Source of the DNA: Bdellovibrionales bacterium
Lineage (GTDB): Bacteria > Bdellovibrionota > Bdellovibrionia > Bdellovibrionales > JAGQZY01
DNA length: 64,000 nt
Direction of reading: 5' to 3'
Assembly: GCA_964230645.1 (NCBI GenBank)
Contig: CAXRHT010000001.1
Location: 64,001-128,000 of the forward strand
Below the pieces are notes generated by a model. It did no database searches and was not told where the DNA came from. It saw only the letters and a program-made list of their open reading frames with translations. This document shows positions 38,818-50,054 of the stretch, in pieces (within the stretch, counting starts at the first letter, position 1; every line of letters starts with the position of its first letter). The translations under genes were made by a program, and so were the position numbers.

Positions 38818-40932
38818 CTACTGGGCGGCGGCCATTTTTTTGTCGCCCCCTTGGGACTCTTTGATTTCCTCTACGAGTGTGTCGGCCTTATAAACTTTTT
38901 CAAGAGCCTCAAGAATCAAATCTCCATGAACAGATACGGCCCGATTTTGTTTTTCATCAAATCCGTAAGCGCCCCCTAGAGAATAGATGTTACCATCAAA
39001 AACTAAACCTATGATCTCAGCCTTGCGATTAATGACGGGTGAGCCTGAGTTACCGCCAATAATGTCATTGGTGGAAACGAAGTTAAAGGGCGTATTTTTA
39101 TCAAGACTTTTCTCGTTTTTAATCCAGGACTTGGGAAGATCAAAAGGCTCTCTCCCGGTGGCCCGCTTAAAAACCCCTGCAATTTCTGTCGTAGGCTCCA
39201 CATACTTGCCATTGTCAGGGAAACCTTTTACTTGTCCGTAAGACAGACGCAAAGAAAAGGTCGCGTCAGGATAGTTGTCTTTGCCGTAGATATCAAAAAT
39301 AGCTTTAGCGATTTTTTCCTGATTCTTACTAAATATAGGAGAAATTTCCTCTTCTTCAATTTTACGATACTTTCTGGCCTCATCATCCAACTTGATCGCA
39401 AACTCGATCATGGGGTCCTTTGAAGATAGGATCGCTTTTTTGCCGCCTTCAAAAAGTTTTTTACGATAAGCCACATCATCAAGCTTGGTTTTCTTCACCA
39501 ATTCCTGAGAGAGTTCTTCCGGTGACTGCTTACCAAGAGCCAACTTTACAAACGAGTGATCCGGCGACAAATGCTCACGCATTTTGGTGAGACTATGCTC
39601 CATGAGGGTGCGTTCAAAGTCCTTATAAATAGGGGCCTTACTGAAAAGGTACTGCTTTGTACGCGGCAGTTTTGCATCGGTGAACTCGCGAAAACGCTTT
39701 TTATTAGGCTTTTCAATTTCCTCAGCATACTGAACGAGAGTTCTGGCATAAGAGAAAAGTTTGGTGCCATAGTTTGAAAAAGCAATATGGGAGAACTCAT
39801 CTTCTAAATTTTTCTTACGCTCAATAGCCTTTTCAATATTCTTCCAAGCATCGCCGTATTTGTTTTTGTACCAACGATTTCGTCGCACTCGGTATTTTAG
39901 GTCGCGCTCTTTTTTCAGTAATTGAGTAAAAAACTCATCATCATTGAGAGCTTTCAGACGACCCGTTAGAGCTTTAAATCCATTCTCCACTCCCTTTAAG
40001 TGGCCTCTTGAAATTCTAGCGGCCTCTTTACTTTTCTTGGCGTATTGATCAAGTAGACCTCTCATCTCTGCTAACCGAATCAAACTTTCTACTAAACGAT
40101 GATCTCGGTAATATTTAAGCATAGAGGTGGGCAGTAAGCGATCCGTACTTCCCGGATGCCCCGTAATAAAAGTCATATCGCCTTTTTTGGCTCCTTCTTC
40201 AGCCCAAGGGAACCAGTATTTATTTTCAAGGGGTTTTCCTTTTTCGTAAACACGAAGAAAGGTCATATCCATAGAATAGCGGGGAAAATTAAAATTATCA
40301 GGATCGCCCCCAAAGGCTGCGATACTATCTTCAGGAGCAAAAACCAAACGCACATCTTGGTAACGTCGATATTTATAAAGCTTGTACTCTCCCCCATGAT
40401 AAAGTGAAACCGTATCGCAACGATAGTCTTCGCTATTTTTGGCACAAGCTTTTTCAAGCTCTGCCATTTTTGCTTTTTTGGCATCACTATAAGCTTTGCC
40501 CTCTTTGTCTTTTGTGGCTTCAAGAATATTTTCAGTCACATCACTCACATCCACCAGGCGATTGACTTCAAAGGCGGGGCATTTTTTCTCGTCACCGCGA
40601 GCTTTCGCGTGAAACCCAGAGGATATGAAATCGTTTTTCTTTGAAGAAAGATTTTGAATACAACCTCTTGCACAATGATGATTGGTCATCAGCAAACCCT
40701 CTTTAGAGATAAAACTTCCAGAACAACCATTGGCTAATCTCACAGAACTCAGTTGAACCTTTTTGACCCATGTCGGATTGGCTTTGAAATCGTATTTTTC
40801 TTTAAGGCGCTCTTCTGGCAAATTATCGAGAGTCCACATTCCCTCATCGGCATGCAGGGGATGAACCAGAAAGATTGTTAAAACACTGAGCAAAAACTTC
40901 TGTAAGAACACTATGAAACTCCTTGAACACAT
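38818..40932 (-). CDS. S46 family dipeptidyl peptidase (DPP7/DAP BII-like)
   Basis: ADEGMW, CSGSFIS..GL.MTNHHC, DNFNFPR, DIIGGNSGSPV and FDGN (Gly at the position where DPP11 has Arg). Confidence 0.93.
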   Translation of the reverse strand: MCSRSFIVFLQKFLLSVLTIFLVHPLHADEGMWTLDNLPEERLKEKYDFKANPTWVKKVQLSSVRLANGCSGSFISKEGLLMTNHHCARGCIQNLSSKKNDFISSGFHAKARGDEKKCPAFEVNRLVDVSDVTENILEATKDKEGKAYSDAKKAKMAELEKACAKNSEDYRCDTVSLYHGGEYKLYKYRRYQDVRLVFAPEDSIAAFGGDPDNFNFPRYSMDMTFLRVYEKGKPLENKYWFPWAEEGAKKGDMTFITGHPGSTDRLLPTSMLKYYRDHRLVESLIRLAEMRGLLDQYAKKSKEAARISRGHLKGVENGFKALTGRLKALNDDEFFTQLLKKERDLKYRVRRNRWYKNKYGDAWKNIEKAIERKKNLEDEFSHIAFSNYGTKLFSYARTLVQYAEEIEKPNKKRFREFTDAKLPRTKQYLFSKAPIYKDFERTLMEHSLTKMREHLSPDHSFVKLALGKQSPEELSQELVKKTKLDDVAYRKKLFEGGKKAILSSKDPMIEFAIKLDDEARKYRKIEEEEISPIFSKNQEKIAKAIFDIYGKDNYPDATFSLRLSYGQVKGFPDNGKYVEPTTEIAGVFKRATGREPFDLPKSWIKNEKSLDKNTPFNFVSTNDIIGGNSGSPVINRKAEIIGLVFDGNIYSLGGAYGFDEKQNRAVSVHGDLILEALEKVYKADTLVEEIKESQGGDKKMAAAQ

Positions 40933-41058
40933 TAGAAAAGCCCCCTTAAAAAAGACTTTGGAAAAGGTTTACCTATTCCCCCCTTCTGTGGTCAATAAAA
41001 GCTTGTTTTCATAGTGGTTTTACAGAATCTTAAATCTAGGAAATTAATGAAATCGATT

Positions 41059-43233
41059 CTATGGATTCTCAATCAAATCGGGAATTAAGTTTCCATTGAG
41101 ATCTCTCAAATAACCTAGATTAGAGTAAGCCCCTTGGTTGAATATATCACCGCCGTAAGTGACATCACCCCAAGAGATGAGCTGACCATTTTCTTTGACG
41201 GCGATAAAGCCTGGATACTCCATGGGAATAATATCGGTGACACCTGAGGATAAAATATCGGGAATGCGATCTCCGTTGGAATCCGCTAGACAGCGCACAC
41301 CGAAAGGAGAAGTGTGGCAGGTCGGATCTCCACCACGATCGGCTTGACCCCAAGCCACCACGGCCCCATCCTCGGTTAAGGCTGCCAGGGCGTGCTCACT
41401 TGCAAAAACTTTGACCACTCCACTTTCTAAAATATCCGCTCGTCCGTTGCTATCATTATCGATAAGACTTCCCACATTGGGTTGCGAACTTTGATTGATG
41501 GGGTCTCCTCCCCGACTGATTCCTCCCCACACTACGGCTTGGCCTCCCGTTTTAATGGCGGCAAAAGCATCGCGGTTAGAAAAGACCTTCTCAACCCCTG
41601 ATTCAAGAATATCGGCAATGAAATTACTATTTAAATCCGCTAAAGTTTTTACTCCCGCGCCCACGCCAGTAAGATCGGTGGGATCGCCACCGCGTCCTGC
41701 GTTCCCCCACACCACCAGAGAGCCATCTTGTTTTAAAGCTCCAAAAGCGCCTCGGGTACGGAATACTTCAGTGACCTGTGACTCTAAGAGGTCAGCGATA
41801 CCATTGCTATCAAGATCGGGAAGATAGCCGTAATTTCCACCATTAATTCTCGTCGGATCTCCTCCTTCGGACTGATGTCCCCAAGCGACAACCGACTGAT
41901 CTGATTTAATAGCGGCAAAGGCTCGATAATTGGGAACAATCTTCTCAACACCGGATTCTAAAAGGTCGGCAATTCCGTTAGAGTTTAAATCCGCCAAGGG
42001 GGTTGTGTTACCCCCTCCCGAAGCGCCTGTTTGATCCCCGCCGAAGTCTCTATGCCCCCAGCTCACAACAGAGCCATTTTCTTTTATAACCGCAAAGGAC
42101 CAACGCCCCGGCACAATCTCGCTCACTCCACTCTCTAGTAAATCGGCCACACCGTTCATATTAACATCGGGCAAGGAATGATTCGTGGCAGTTGTAACAC
42201 CGGTGGCATCTCCTCCGTTTTCACCATCGCCCCAAGTCACCACTGAGTTATCGGATCTCAATGCCGCAAAGCCATAGACATTTCCTTCCACTTTTTTAAC
42301 ACCCCCTTCAAGGAGGTCGGCTTGGCCGTTAGAATTACTATCGGCGAGAGTTTTGATATTCGTTCCAGGACTTGTCTCCCCCAGGATATCTCCCCCTCGG
42401 GTTTGATCTCCCCATGTGACAAGACTCCCATCACTCTTTTGAGCGCAAAAGGCGAAGATAGAATAATAAAGATCAACAACGTCTGAGCTTAACTCATCAG
42501 CCACATAGTCGTTATTGGAATCACTCAAAGTTTTAATGGAAGCACTTGGAGAAGCTTTTCCAGTGGGATCTCCACCCTGTTCTTTATAGCCCCAAGCCAC
42601 GACCGAACCATCATCTTTTAATGCCGCTATGGAATTCGTACTTCCATACTCAGGATCACCATGAAAACCGACCAACTTTTTGATTCCCCCCTCAAGAAGG
42701 TCTGAAATTCCATCACCGTCTTCATCGGGTAAAATCCCAGCCGTATTTTCCACGCCTGTGGAATTGGTTGAATCTCCTCCATTGATGTTGCCACCAAAAG
42801 TAACAAGTCCTCCTTTTTTGGTAAAAAAGAATCCCGCGGCTCCATTATGAACAATTTGCTCTTTTAAAATATATTGCTCGGGACTTTCAAACTGCGCCTC
42901 AGCGTATTTCACCACACAACGCAAGCGTCCATTGTAAGGAGGCAAGAAAACACCAAATTTAAAATTTCCTTTACCGCGCTGGGTGACTTCCTCAATTTTC
43001 TCGCCATTAAATTCGATAAAAACAGAAAGGTCGGTATTTTCATCGACCAATAGAGGATTCACTTGGCAATTCACCACCGCGCCTTCATAGTTGTAGTCAA
43101 TTTGCGCGACAGAAATAATCGTTTCTTCCCCAGGCAAGGGAACCAAGGGGGGCGCTTGTGAACCACTGGGAAGCTGTGTGGCTATTCCACATCCAGATAA
43201 AATAAATAACAATAAAATCGGAATGAACTTCAT
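41059..43233 (-). CDS. Lipoprotein with ten RCC1/BLIP-II-like repeats, each carrying a DxNxNG-type loop
   Basis: LSGC lipobox; repeats of FAAxKxDGSVVxWG...GGD...LxDxNxNGxADLLESGV. Confidence 0.8.
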   Translation of the reverse strand: MKFIPILLLFILSGCGIATQLPSGSQAPPLVPLPGEETIISVAQIDYNYEGAVVNCQVNPLLVDENTDLSVFIEFNGEKIEEVTQRGKGNFKFGVFLPPYNGRLRCVVKYAEAQFESPEQYILKEQIVHNGAAGFFFTKKGGLVTFGGNINGGDSTNSTGVENTAGILPDEDGDGISDLLEGGIKKLVGFHGDPEYGSTNSIAALKDDGSVVAWGYKEQGGDPTGKASPSASIKTLSDSNNDYVADELSSDVVDLYYSIFAFCAQKSDGSLVTWGDQTRGGDILGETSPGTNIKTLADSNSNGQADLLEGGVKKVEGNVYGFAALRSDNSVVTWGDGENGGDATGVTTATNHSLPDVNMNGVADLLESGVSEIVPGRWSFAVIKENGSVVSWGHRDFGGDQTGASGGGNTTPLADLNSNGIADLLESGVEKIVPNYRAFAAIKSDQSVVAWGHQSEGGDPTRINGGNYGYLPDLDSNGIADLLESQVTEVFRTRGAFGALKQDGSLVVWGNAGRGGDPTDLTGVGAGVKTLADLNSNFIADILESGVEKVFSNRDAFAAIKTGGQAVVWGGISRGGDPINQSSQPNVGSLIDNDSNGRADILESGVVKVFASEHALAALTEDGAVVAWGQADRGGDPTCHTSPFGVRCLADSNGDRIPDILSSGVTDIIPMEYPGFIAVKENGQLISWGDVTYGGDIFNQGAYSNLGYLRDLNGNLIPDLIENP

Positions 43234-43348
43234 AAATCTCCATAGTTGGCTATGACATCAACAGGTATTGTAATTGGAGAGGGAGCGTGGAAGGCTAAGC
43301 GCTAAAAGCGTGAGTAGGAGCTAGAATATGTCATCCAGACTTAGTTTC

Positions 43349-43376
43349 TTTTCGGCATTTTTTGTCGATATATTGA
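43349..43376 (-). promoter_or_regulatory. Candidate sigma28 promoter
   Basis: TCAA-N16-GCCGAAAA on the minus strand upstream of 43233. Confidence 0.4.
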
Positions 43377-43576
43377 GGGAATTCTCAGTGTGAAACGGGA
43401 GAATGTTAAAAAGAACATTTGTTTAATAAAAAGGACGTCTAATCTAAAGATTTTCCACGATACTAAGAACCTGAGCTTTTAACAAAGCGGATTCAACTCG
43501 TTCTATTTTTAGAGGATTTCTAATCCTAAGCTCCCAAAAAAGGAAAGCAAGCTTTCCCCTTCATCCTAGAATTATA

Positions 43577-46500
43577 TTATAGATTTCGTCGGTACTGCCC
43601 ACCCACTTCAAATAGAGCCTGAGTCATTTGGTAAAGGGAACAATGTCTGGCTGCACTCATAAGGGCTTCGAAGATATTGCTACCACTCAAAGCGGCCTCT
43701 TTAAGCTTTGTGATCTCTTTTTCAGCCTCACTTTGATGAGACTTCTGGAAATTGAGTAAATTGTTAAGCTGTTGATTTTTCTCTTCCATGGAGGCTCTTG
43801 CCAACTCTATACTCTCGGGCACATAACCCTCTTCCAAAGTTTTAGGATTGATAAATTGGTTCACTCCCACAATCGGCAAATCCCCGGAGTGTTTGAGATG
43901 TTCATAGTACATGGACTCTTCTTGAATCTTACCACGCTGGTATTGAGTTTCCATGGAACCAAGAACGCCGCCTCTCTCAGAAATGCGTACAAATTCTGAA
44001 AGAATCGCCTCTTCCACAAGCTCGGTGAGTTCTGTGAGGAAATAAGAGCCTTGATTGGGGTTTTCATTTTTAGCCACACCAAACTCTTTGTTGATAATCA
44101 TTTGAATGGCCATAGCTCGACGAACCGACTCTTCTGTGGGTGTGGTGATGGCCTCATCGTAAGCATTGGTATGTAACGAGTTACAATTATCGTAAATGGC
44201 AATGAGTGCTTGAAGCGTTGTTCTGATATCATTGAAGTCAATCTCTTGCGCGTGAAGGGACCTTCCCGACGTTTGAATATGATATTTTAATTTTTGAGAA
44301 CGAGAGCTTCCCTTATAAAGATCTCTCATCGCGACCGACCAAATTCTTCTGGCCACTCGTCCAATCACAGAGTATTCAGGGTCCATTCCGTTACTAAAGA
44401 AAAAGGATAAATTGGGAGCAAAGTCATCAATATCCATTCCTCGGGCCAAGTAATACTCCACAAAAGTAAAAGCATTACTTAGAGTAAATGCCACCTGGCT
44501 TATAGGGTTCGCACCCGCTTCGGCGATATGATACCCCGAAATACTGACAGAATAAAAGTTCTTCACTTTCTGATCGATGAAGTACTGCTGAATGTCTCCC
44601 ATCATTTTCAAGGCAAAATCGATAGAGAAAATGCAAGTGTTCTGCCCTTGATCCTCTTTAAGAATATCGGCTTGGACTGTACCTCGCACTCTTTGGATGG
44701 CTTCGGATTTCGCCTCTTCCCACTCGGAGGTGTTGAGTTTACGTCCAAGCTCTTTTTCTTTGCTTTCTACCAATTGATCAATGGCCGTATTAAAAAAGAA
44801 AGCCAGAATCATAGGAGCCGGACCGTTGATGGTCATACTCACTGAGGTTGAAGGCTTTAACAGATCAAAACCTGCGTAGAGCTTTTTCATATCCTCAAGA
44901 GTGCAAATACTCACACCACTCTCCCCCACTTTCCCGAAAATATCGGGGCGTTTATGGGGATCAAATCCGTAAAGGGTCACACTATCAAAAGCGGTCGAAA
45001 GTCTTTTCGCATCCGAGTCTTCTGATAAATAATGAAAACGACGGTTCGTTCTCTCCGGGGTTCCTTCACCGGCAAACATCCGGGTGGGATCTTCGCCTTT
45101 GCGTTTTAAAGGAAAGACTCCGGCGGTGTATGGAAACTGCCCCGGAACATTTTCAAGTTTTAAAAACTCTAAACGGTCTCCCCAGTCACGAAGCTTAGGA
45201 ACAGACACTCGAGGGATTTTTGTGCCACTGAGACTCTCCGAAAAAAGAGGCTGACGAATTTCCTTATCTCTGACTTTATAAACAAACTCGTCCTGACCAT
45301 ATTGGGCCATCATATCGTCCCAAGCCTTGAGAAGTTTCAAATCTTTGTCAGGGAAGTCTCGCTCGATTTTTTCTATACTGGTTTCAGCCTCTTTAAGCTC
45401 ATCTTTAAGCTGATAAAGACCCCCAAGTTTTGAGGCTTGATCGGCCAGTTTGCGGCTTTCTTTTTTATAATTTCTAACCGTACTAACGATCTCGGCCAGA
45501 TAGCCCTGCCTGTCCGGTGGAATAATACTTTGTTTTTCAGCACCCTTTATCTTTTCTCTATCTTCTTTTGAAAGTTCCCAAGAAAAATTCTTATCTTTTT
45601 CGCTCAGCTGACGAGTGAGTTCAAAAAATAGATTATTCACACCCAGATCATTGAATTGGGCCGCTTGGGTTAAATATACCGGAATTTCATCATCTTTAGC
45701 CTGAAATATTTTGCGAGATCTTTTGTACTGCTTACGAACATCGCGAAGAGCATCCTGAGACCCACGATGATCCGCCTTATTAATAGAAATTAGGTCTGCA
45801 AAGTCGATCATGTCGATCTTTTCAAGTTGAGACTGAGCACCAAACTCTGAAGTCATAACATAAAGGCTCAAATCAGAGACTTCGGTGATCGCCACATTGG
45901 CCTGACCAATTCCAGAAGTTTCAGCGATAATTAAGTCAAAATTGTACTGCTTTAAGAGATCAAGCATTTTTGGCAAAGAGCCTGCGATCTCACTTCCCGA
46001 ACCTTTCGAGGCTACAGACCTCATAAAAGCACCGGGGCGCGAGAGAGAGTTCATACGAATACGGTCCCCCAAAAGAGACCCACCGGTTTTTCTTTTGGAT
46101 GGATCGACACAAACAACAGCCACTTGCAGGTCAGGATAAGAATTAAGAAGTCTTTGCACGAGTTCATCAACAAGGCTTGATTTCCCAGCCCCTCCCGTTC
46201 CGGTGACCCCTAAAACTTTAGGCGTTTTGCTTCCCTTGAAATCGTTAAGAGAATCTAAAATATTCTCATCCACATCCTTATTATTATCTAGGGCATCGAG
46301 TGCAATTCCTAAAAGACGATGCGGCATTTCCTCGCGCCCTTCGAGTACACCTTTTTTCTCTTTGTAGGCCACATCTCCAATGGAGAAGTCACACTTCTCC
46401 ATTATCAATTCAATCATCCCCTCAAGACCCATTTTTCGTCCATCATCAGGGTGAAAGATAAAATCGATACCGTACTCTTCCAGTTCTTTTTTCTCTTCGT

Positions 46501-46807
46501 GAATGATCACCCCACCACCGCCGCCGAAAATTTTGACGTAATCAGCACCAGCCTCTTTGAGAAGGTCTTTCATATATTTGAAATACTCCATATGTCCCCC
46601 TTGATATGAGGACAAACAAATTCCCTGAGCTCCTTCTTGCAGAGCCGCGGTTACAACATCGAGGACACTGCGGTTGTGACCAAGATGGATCACCTCCGCA
46701 CCAGCGTCTTGCAGAAGTCTGCGAATCATATTGATGCTAGCATCGTGTCCGTCGAAAAGGCTTGCAGCAGTAACAATTCTCACAGGGTTTTTGAGTGGAG
46801 AGGACAT
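43577..46807 (-). CDS. icmF: Fused isobutyryl-CoA mutase / MeaB-like GTPase
   Basis: N-terminal B12-binding [26 protein letters not shown] and mutase domain RMFAGEG...[11 protein letters not shown]; 1076 aa. Confidence 0.96.
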   Translation of the reverse strand: MSSPLKNPVRIVTAASLFDGHDASINMIRRLLQDAGAEVIHLGHNRSVLDVVTAALQEGAQGICLSSYQGGHMEYFKYMKDLLKEAGADYVKIFGGGGGVIIHEEKKELEEYGIDFIFHPDDGRKMGLEGMIELIMEKCDFSIGDVAYKEKKGVLEGREEMPHRLLGIALDALDNNKDVDENILDSLNDFKGSKTPKVLGVTGTGGAGKSSLVDELVQRLLNSYPDLQVAVVCVDPSKRKTGGSLLGDRIRMNSLSRPGAFMRSVASKGSGSEIAGSLPKMLDLLKQYNFDLIIAETSGIGQANVAITEVSDLSLYVMTSEFGAQSQLEKIDMIDFADLISINKADHRGSQDALRDVRKQYKRSRKIFQAKDDEIPVYLTQAAQFNDLGVNNLFFELTRQLSEKDKNFSWELSKEDREKIKGAEKQSIIPPDRQGYLAEIVSTVRNYKKESRKLADQASKLGGLYQLKDELKEAETSIEKIERDFPDKDLKLLKAWDDMMAQYGQDEFVYKVRDKEIRQPLFSESLSGTKIPRVSVPKLRDWGDRLEFLKLENVPGQFPYTAGVFPLKRKGEDPTRMFAGEGTPERTNRRFHYLSEDSDAKRLSTAFDSVTLYGFDPHKRPDIFGKVGESGVSICTLEDMKKLYAGFDLLKPSTSVSMTINGPAPMILAFFFNTAIDQLVESKEKELGRKLNTSEWEEAKSEAIQRVRGTVQADILKEDQGQNTCIFSIDFALKMMGDIQQYFIDQKVKNFYSVSISGYHIAEAGANPISQVAFTLSNAFTFVEYYLARGMDIDDFAPNLSFFFSNGMDPEYSVIGRVARRIWSVAMRDLYKGSSRSQKLKYHIQTSGRSLHAQEIDFNDIRTTLQALIAIYDNCNSLHTNAYDEAITTPTEESVRRAMAIQMIINKEFGVAKNENPNQGSYFLTELTELVEEAILSEFVRISERGGVLGSMETQYQRGKIQEESMYYEHLKHSGDLPIVGVNQFINPKTLEEGYVPESIELARASMEEKNQQLNNLLNFQKSHQSEAEKEITKLKEAALSGSNIFEALMSAARHCSLYQMTQALFEVGGQYRRNL

Positions 46808-46810
46808 AGT

Positions 46811-47587
46811 TTAGTTTCCAGTGAATTGAGGTTTACGTTTTTCGATAAAAGCCTGAGTGCCCTCTTTGCAGTCTTTACTTTCAAAGAGTTCAGAGAATTC
46901 TTTCTGTTCCATAGCCATGGCTTCTTTGATTTCCATACCATAAGTTTTATGGATGGTGCGCTTAATAGCATCCAGTGCTATAGGCGCTCTATGAGTAACG
47001 GTTTTAGCCACACGCCCGGCCGCCTCTAATAGCTCCGCGGGTGGATGAACTTCATTAACAAGTCCCACTTCTTTCGCTCTTTTGGCATCGATCATGTCAC
47101 CCGTGAAGGTCATTTGTTTTGCCATCCCAGGGCCGATAGCACGAGAGAGTCTCACACTGCCACCAAAACCAGGCATCAGTCCTAGAGTGCATTCTGGTAA
47201 ACCAAACTTTGCTTTTTCAGAAGCCAGAATAAAATCACAAGCAAGGGCCAGTTCAAGACCGCCACCAAGGGCAAAACCATTTACAGCTGCGATCACAGGA
47301 ATAGGAAGGTTTTCAATTTCCAAGAAAACTTGCTGGCCAAAGCCTGCAAAATCGTGAGCCTTGGCACTGTTTAGAGAATCGATTTCTTTAATGTCAGCTC
47401 CTGCGACGAAAGCGCGATCGCCTTCACCGGTTATGATGGCACAACGAAGCTCTTTATCCTCTTTGATATCAGAAAGTGCTGAAGCCAAAGCTTTAAGAAC
47501 TTCTGTGCTCAGCGCATTCATGGCCTCAGGTTTATTAATTGTTATTGTTGCAATGGAGTTTTGTTTTTTCAGTTCTACCAAAGCCAT
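46811..47587 (-). CDS. crt: Enoyl-CoA hydratase (crotonase)
   Basis: AFVAGADI, NGFALGGGLELAL..D, FGLPE and PGFGG motifs. Confidence 0.9.
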   Translation of the reverse strand: MALVELKKQNSIATITINKPEAMNALSTEVLKALASALSDIKEDKELRCAIITGEGDRAFVAGADIKEIDSLNSAKAHDFAGFGQQVFLEIENLPIPVIAAVNGFALGGGLELALACDFILASEKAKFGLPECTLGLMPGFGGSVRLSRAIGPGMAKQMTFTGDMIDAKRAKEVGLVNEVHPPAELLEAAGRVAKTVTHRAPIALDAIKRTIHKTYGMEIKEAMAMEQKEFSELFESKDCKEGTQAFIEKRKPQFTGN

Positions 47588-47589
47588 GA

Positions 47590-48447
47590 TTAAGACTCCT
47601 CATAGTTATAAAATCCACGACCTGATTTACGCCCAAGCCAGCCGGCCTCCACATATTTGACCAAGAGAGGACAAGGACGATATTTCGTATCCCCTAAACC
47701 GTCGTGAAGAACGTTCATAATAGCAAGGCAGGTATCAAGACCAATAAAATCGGCAAGTGTCAGTGGCCCCATGGGCTGATTGGTTCCAAGCTTCATGGCC
47801 GAGTCAATAGCTTCTACCTCAGCAATTCCCTCATAAAGGGCGTAAACGGCTTCGTTAATCATAGGCATTAAAATTCGGTTGACGATAAAGCCCGGCATAT
47901 CTCGCCCTTCAACAAAAACCTTACCAAGTCCCTCGGTCGCCTCTTTAACAGTAGTAAAGGTTTTATCGGAAGTTTGTAATCCCCGAATACCTTCCACAAG
48001 CTTCATAAGAGGCACTGGATTCATAAAATGCATACCCGCAACCTGATCAGGCCTTTTTGTCACACCCGCTATTTTTGTGATGGAAATACTGGAAGTGTTC
48101 GTGCAAAGAATGGCGTCTTTGGGAGCAATTTCGTCGAGTTGCTCAAAGATCTTAAGCTTTAGATCGATGTTTTCGGTAGCCGCCTCAACGATGAAGTCAC
48201 ACTCCGAGAAGGCTTGCATATCCGTACTCGTTTGCACTCTTTCAAGAAGTTGGTTTTTTTGATCCTCAGTCATCTTTTCTTTTTTGACCAAGCGATCACA
48301 GCTTTTAGAAATTGTGGCTAGACCTTTTTCTAGTGCGGCCTCACTGATATCCACCATCATCACGGAAGTCCCTTGGGCTGCAAAAACCTGAGCGATTCCA
48401 TTTCCCATTTGTCCGGCGCCCACAACGCCTAATTTCGATATTGCCAT
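47590..48447 (-). CDS. hbd: 3-hydroxybutyryl-CoA dehydrogenase
   Basis: Start moved to ATG 48447 (GGGAG RBS). VVGAGQMGNGIA, NTSSISI, GMHFMNP and PMGPL motifs. Confidence 0.93.
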   Translation of the reverse strand: MAISKLGVVGAGQMGNGIAQVFAAQGTSVMMVDISEAALEKGLATISKSCDRLVKKEKMTEDQKNQLLERVQTSTDMQAFSECDFIVEAATENIDLKLKIFEQLDEIAPKDAILCTNTSSISITKIAGVTKRPDQVAGMHFMNPVPLMKLVEGIRGLQTSDKTFTTVKEATEGLGKVFVEGRDMPGFIVNRILMPMINEAVYALYEGIAEVEAIDSAMKLGTNQPMGPLTLADFIGLDTCLAIMNVLHDGLGDTKYRPCPLLVKYVEAGWLGRKSGRGFYNYEES

Positions 48448-48621
48448 GCTGTCTCCCATCTGATTGGCTCTTATTGATCGTCCCTTTGGCTCCAAAGGGG
48501 ACTCCATTTGTACTTTATTTGCTTCAGGGGTTATACCCAGGGGGGGATGTTTTGTAAACACCTGAGAATAAAGACAAAACTGGCCTTGAGGGAGCCCCTT
48601 TGACACTCCACAATACTATGT

Positions 48622-49971
48622 ATGAAGTGGTTTTTCTCCAGTCTAATATTCCTTAGCTATTTCAACCTTTTTGCCCAGTCCACGCCGATTTATCTTAGGG
48701 CCAATCACGCAGCAGCGACAGGGCATGTGGATTTAAAGAAGCTTAAAAAACAAGCGATCGCCTATGATCAGTACGAGTGGCTCTGGGTGAGAACACCACA
48801 AGGACGCAATGGTTGGATTTTAAAATCTTCAGCTCTTCTGCCTCTCGACTTCTCCAGACAAGCCATTCTTGCCAAAGGCGAACCCATTCATCCGGAACCT
48901 AAGGTCTACCAACTGCCGCAAAGGACCCTACACCAATCTCAAATTGTCACCTTGGTAGAACGGAAAAGAGACTGGTATAAAATTATCTACAAGGTTAGCG
49001 AGAAAAAGTACTTCGGTTGGGTGCGCTCGCGCTATCTCTCCCCTTACTCCAAAGATGCGGGATTTTTGTTTTCAACCATCGAGACCAAACTGCGCGCGAA
49101 ACCTCAAATGAAATCAAAGATTTTAAAGGATATTGAGCCGGGTGAGCCCATCATTCCCTTAAATACGAAAGCCTCCTGGGCCCTTGTGCATTACAAAGGA
49201 GCCAAGGGTTATATGCCCCTTCGCAATATCAAATCCCGTCTTGATGTTGCCATCAAGGTCAAAACACCGGAAGGCTATTTTAAACCTCACCCCAGTCTTT
49301 ATCAGAAAAAGGTGAACGAAATTTTTGCTGATCCCTTATGGGTGGGAACGGGGGCCTTTACTCTGGAGTTGAAACAAAAACCGGATATGAGCTCCCCCAC
49401 CCTTCAAAAAATTGAGCCTTGGCAGGATCTCGTTTTACAAGGTTACTCTATAAAGAAATGGGGAAAGAGTTTTGTTCCCCGCATTGGCGAAGTTTGGTGG
49501 CCTGATACGACGGTAGAGTCTAATGTCGAAATCATTGAGAAACTCTCTCCTCGCTTGGCAAAACTAAAAGCCTCAGAAATCTACCAAGTGGAAAAAAGCC
49601 CGGTTGTTCCCGGCTTGCGCTTTGCCTCCACTCCTAAAGGAGTTTTCCGTAGTTTTGACGGTAAAAATTGGCACCCACTGAAAGATTTTAAATTCGGCTT
49701 CCCTATAAAGATGGCAAAAAATGGAGTGCTTTTCGTGGCCGACAAAGTCAGCTTTGATCATGGCGAGTCCTTTCGCCATTTTGTGCGCTGGGATCTTGTT
49801 TTTAATTCGATTCCACAGGGGCGCAGTCGGTGGGACGGCCCCATTCAAATTGTGAATGTGGAGCCAAACGCGAAAAATCACAAACAAGTGACTCTATCTC
49901 TCAAAGTGGGACAAAACAAATTTTTACAAGTCTACACTCCGGACCTGGGTAAAACTTGGCGCCTTTACTAG
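48622..49971 (+). CDS. Secreted multi-SH3 domain protein with C-terminal Asp-box (BNR) motifs
   Basis: Repeated W..V....G..GW SH3b patterns; RSFDGKNW, SFDHGESF and TPDLGKTW. Confidence 0.75.
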   Translation: MKWFFSSLIFLSYFNLFAQSTPIYLRANHAAATGHVDLKKLKKQAIAYDQYEWLWVRTPQGRNGWILKSSALLPLDFSRQAILAKGEPIHPEPKVYQLPQRTLHQSQIVTLVERKRDWYKIIYKVSEKKYFGWVRSRYLSPYSKDAGFLFSTIETKLRAKPQMKSKILKDIEPGEPIIPLNTKASWALVHYKGAKGYMPLRNIKSRLDVAIKVKTPEGYFKPHPSLYQKKVNEIFADPLWVGTGAFTLELKQKPDMSSPTLQKIEPWQDLVLQGYSIKKWGKSFVPRIGEVWWPDTTVESNVEIIEKLSPRLAKLKASEIYQVEKSPVVPGLRFASTPKGVFRSFDGKNWHPLKDFKFGFPIKMAKNGVLFVADKVSFDHGESFRHFVRWDLVFNSIPQGRSRWDGPIQIVNVEPNAKNHKQVTLSLKVGQNKFLQVYTPDLGKTWRLY

Positions 49972-50054
49972 GCAAGCCCTAGTGCCAATATTTCTCTCTA
50001 GTCTGACTAGATTGCTTTTCAAATCGTTTCTTAAAAATCCAATACCAAAGCCTA

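Noticed and set aside
43310..43393. 21-aa plus-strand ORF (MSSRLSFFSAFF...) with AGGAG
   Set aside because: Antisense to a promoter region, with no terminator or other support; a short SD match is expected by chance.
48448..48606. N-terminal extension of hbd in the ORF track
   Set aside because: The Rossmann motif begins right after ATG 48447, which has a GGGAG RBS; the extension covers the divergent promoter region.
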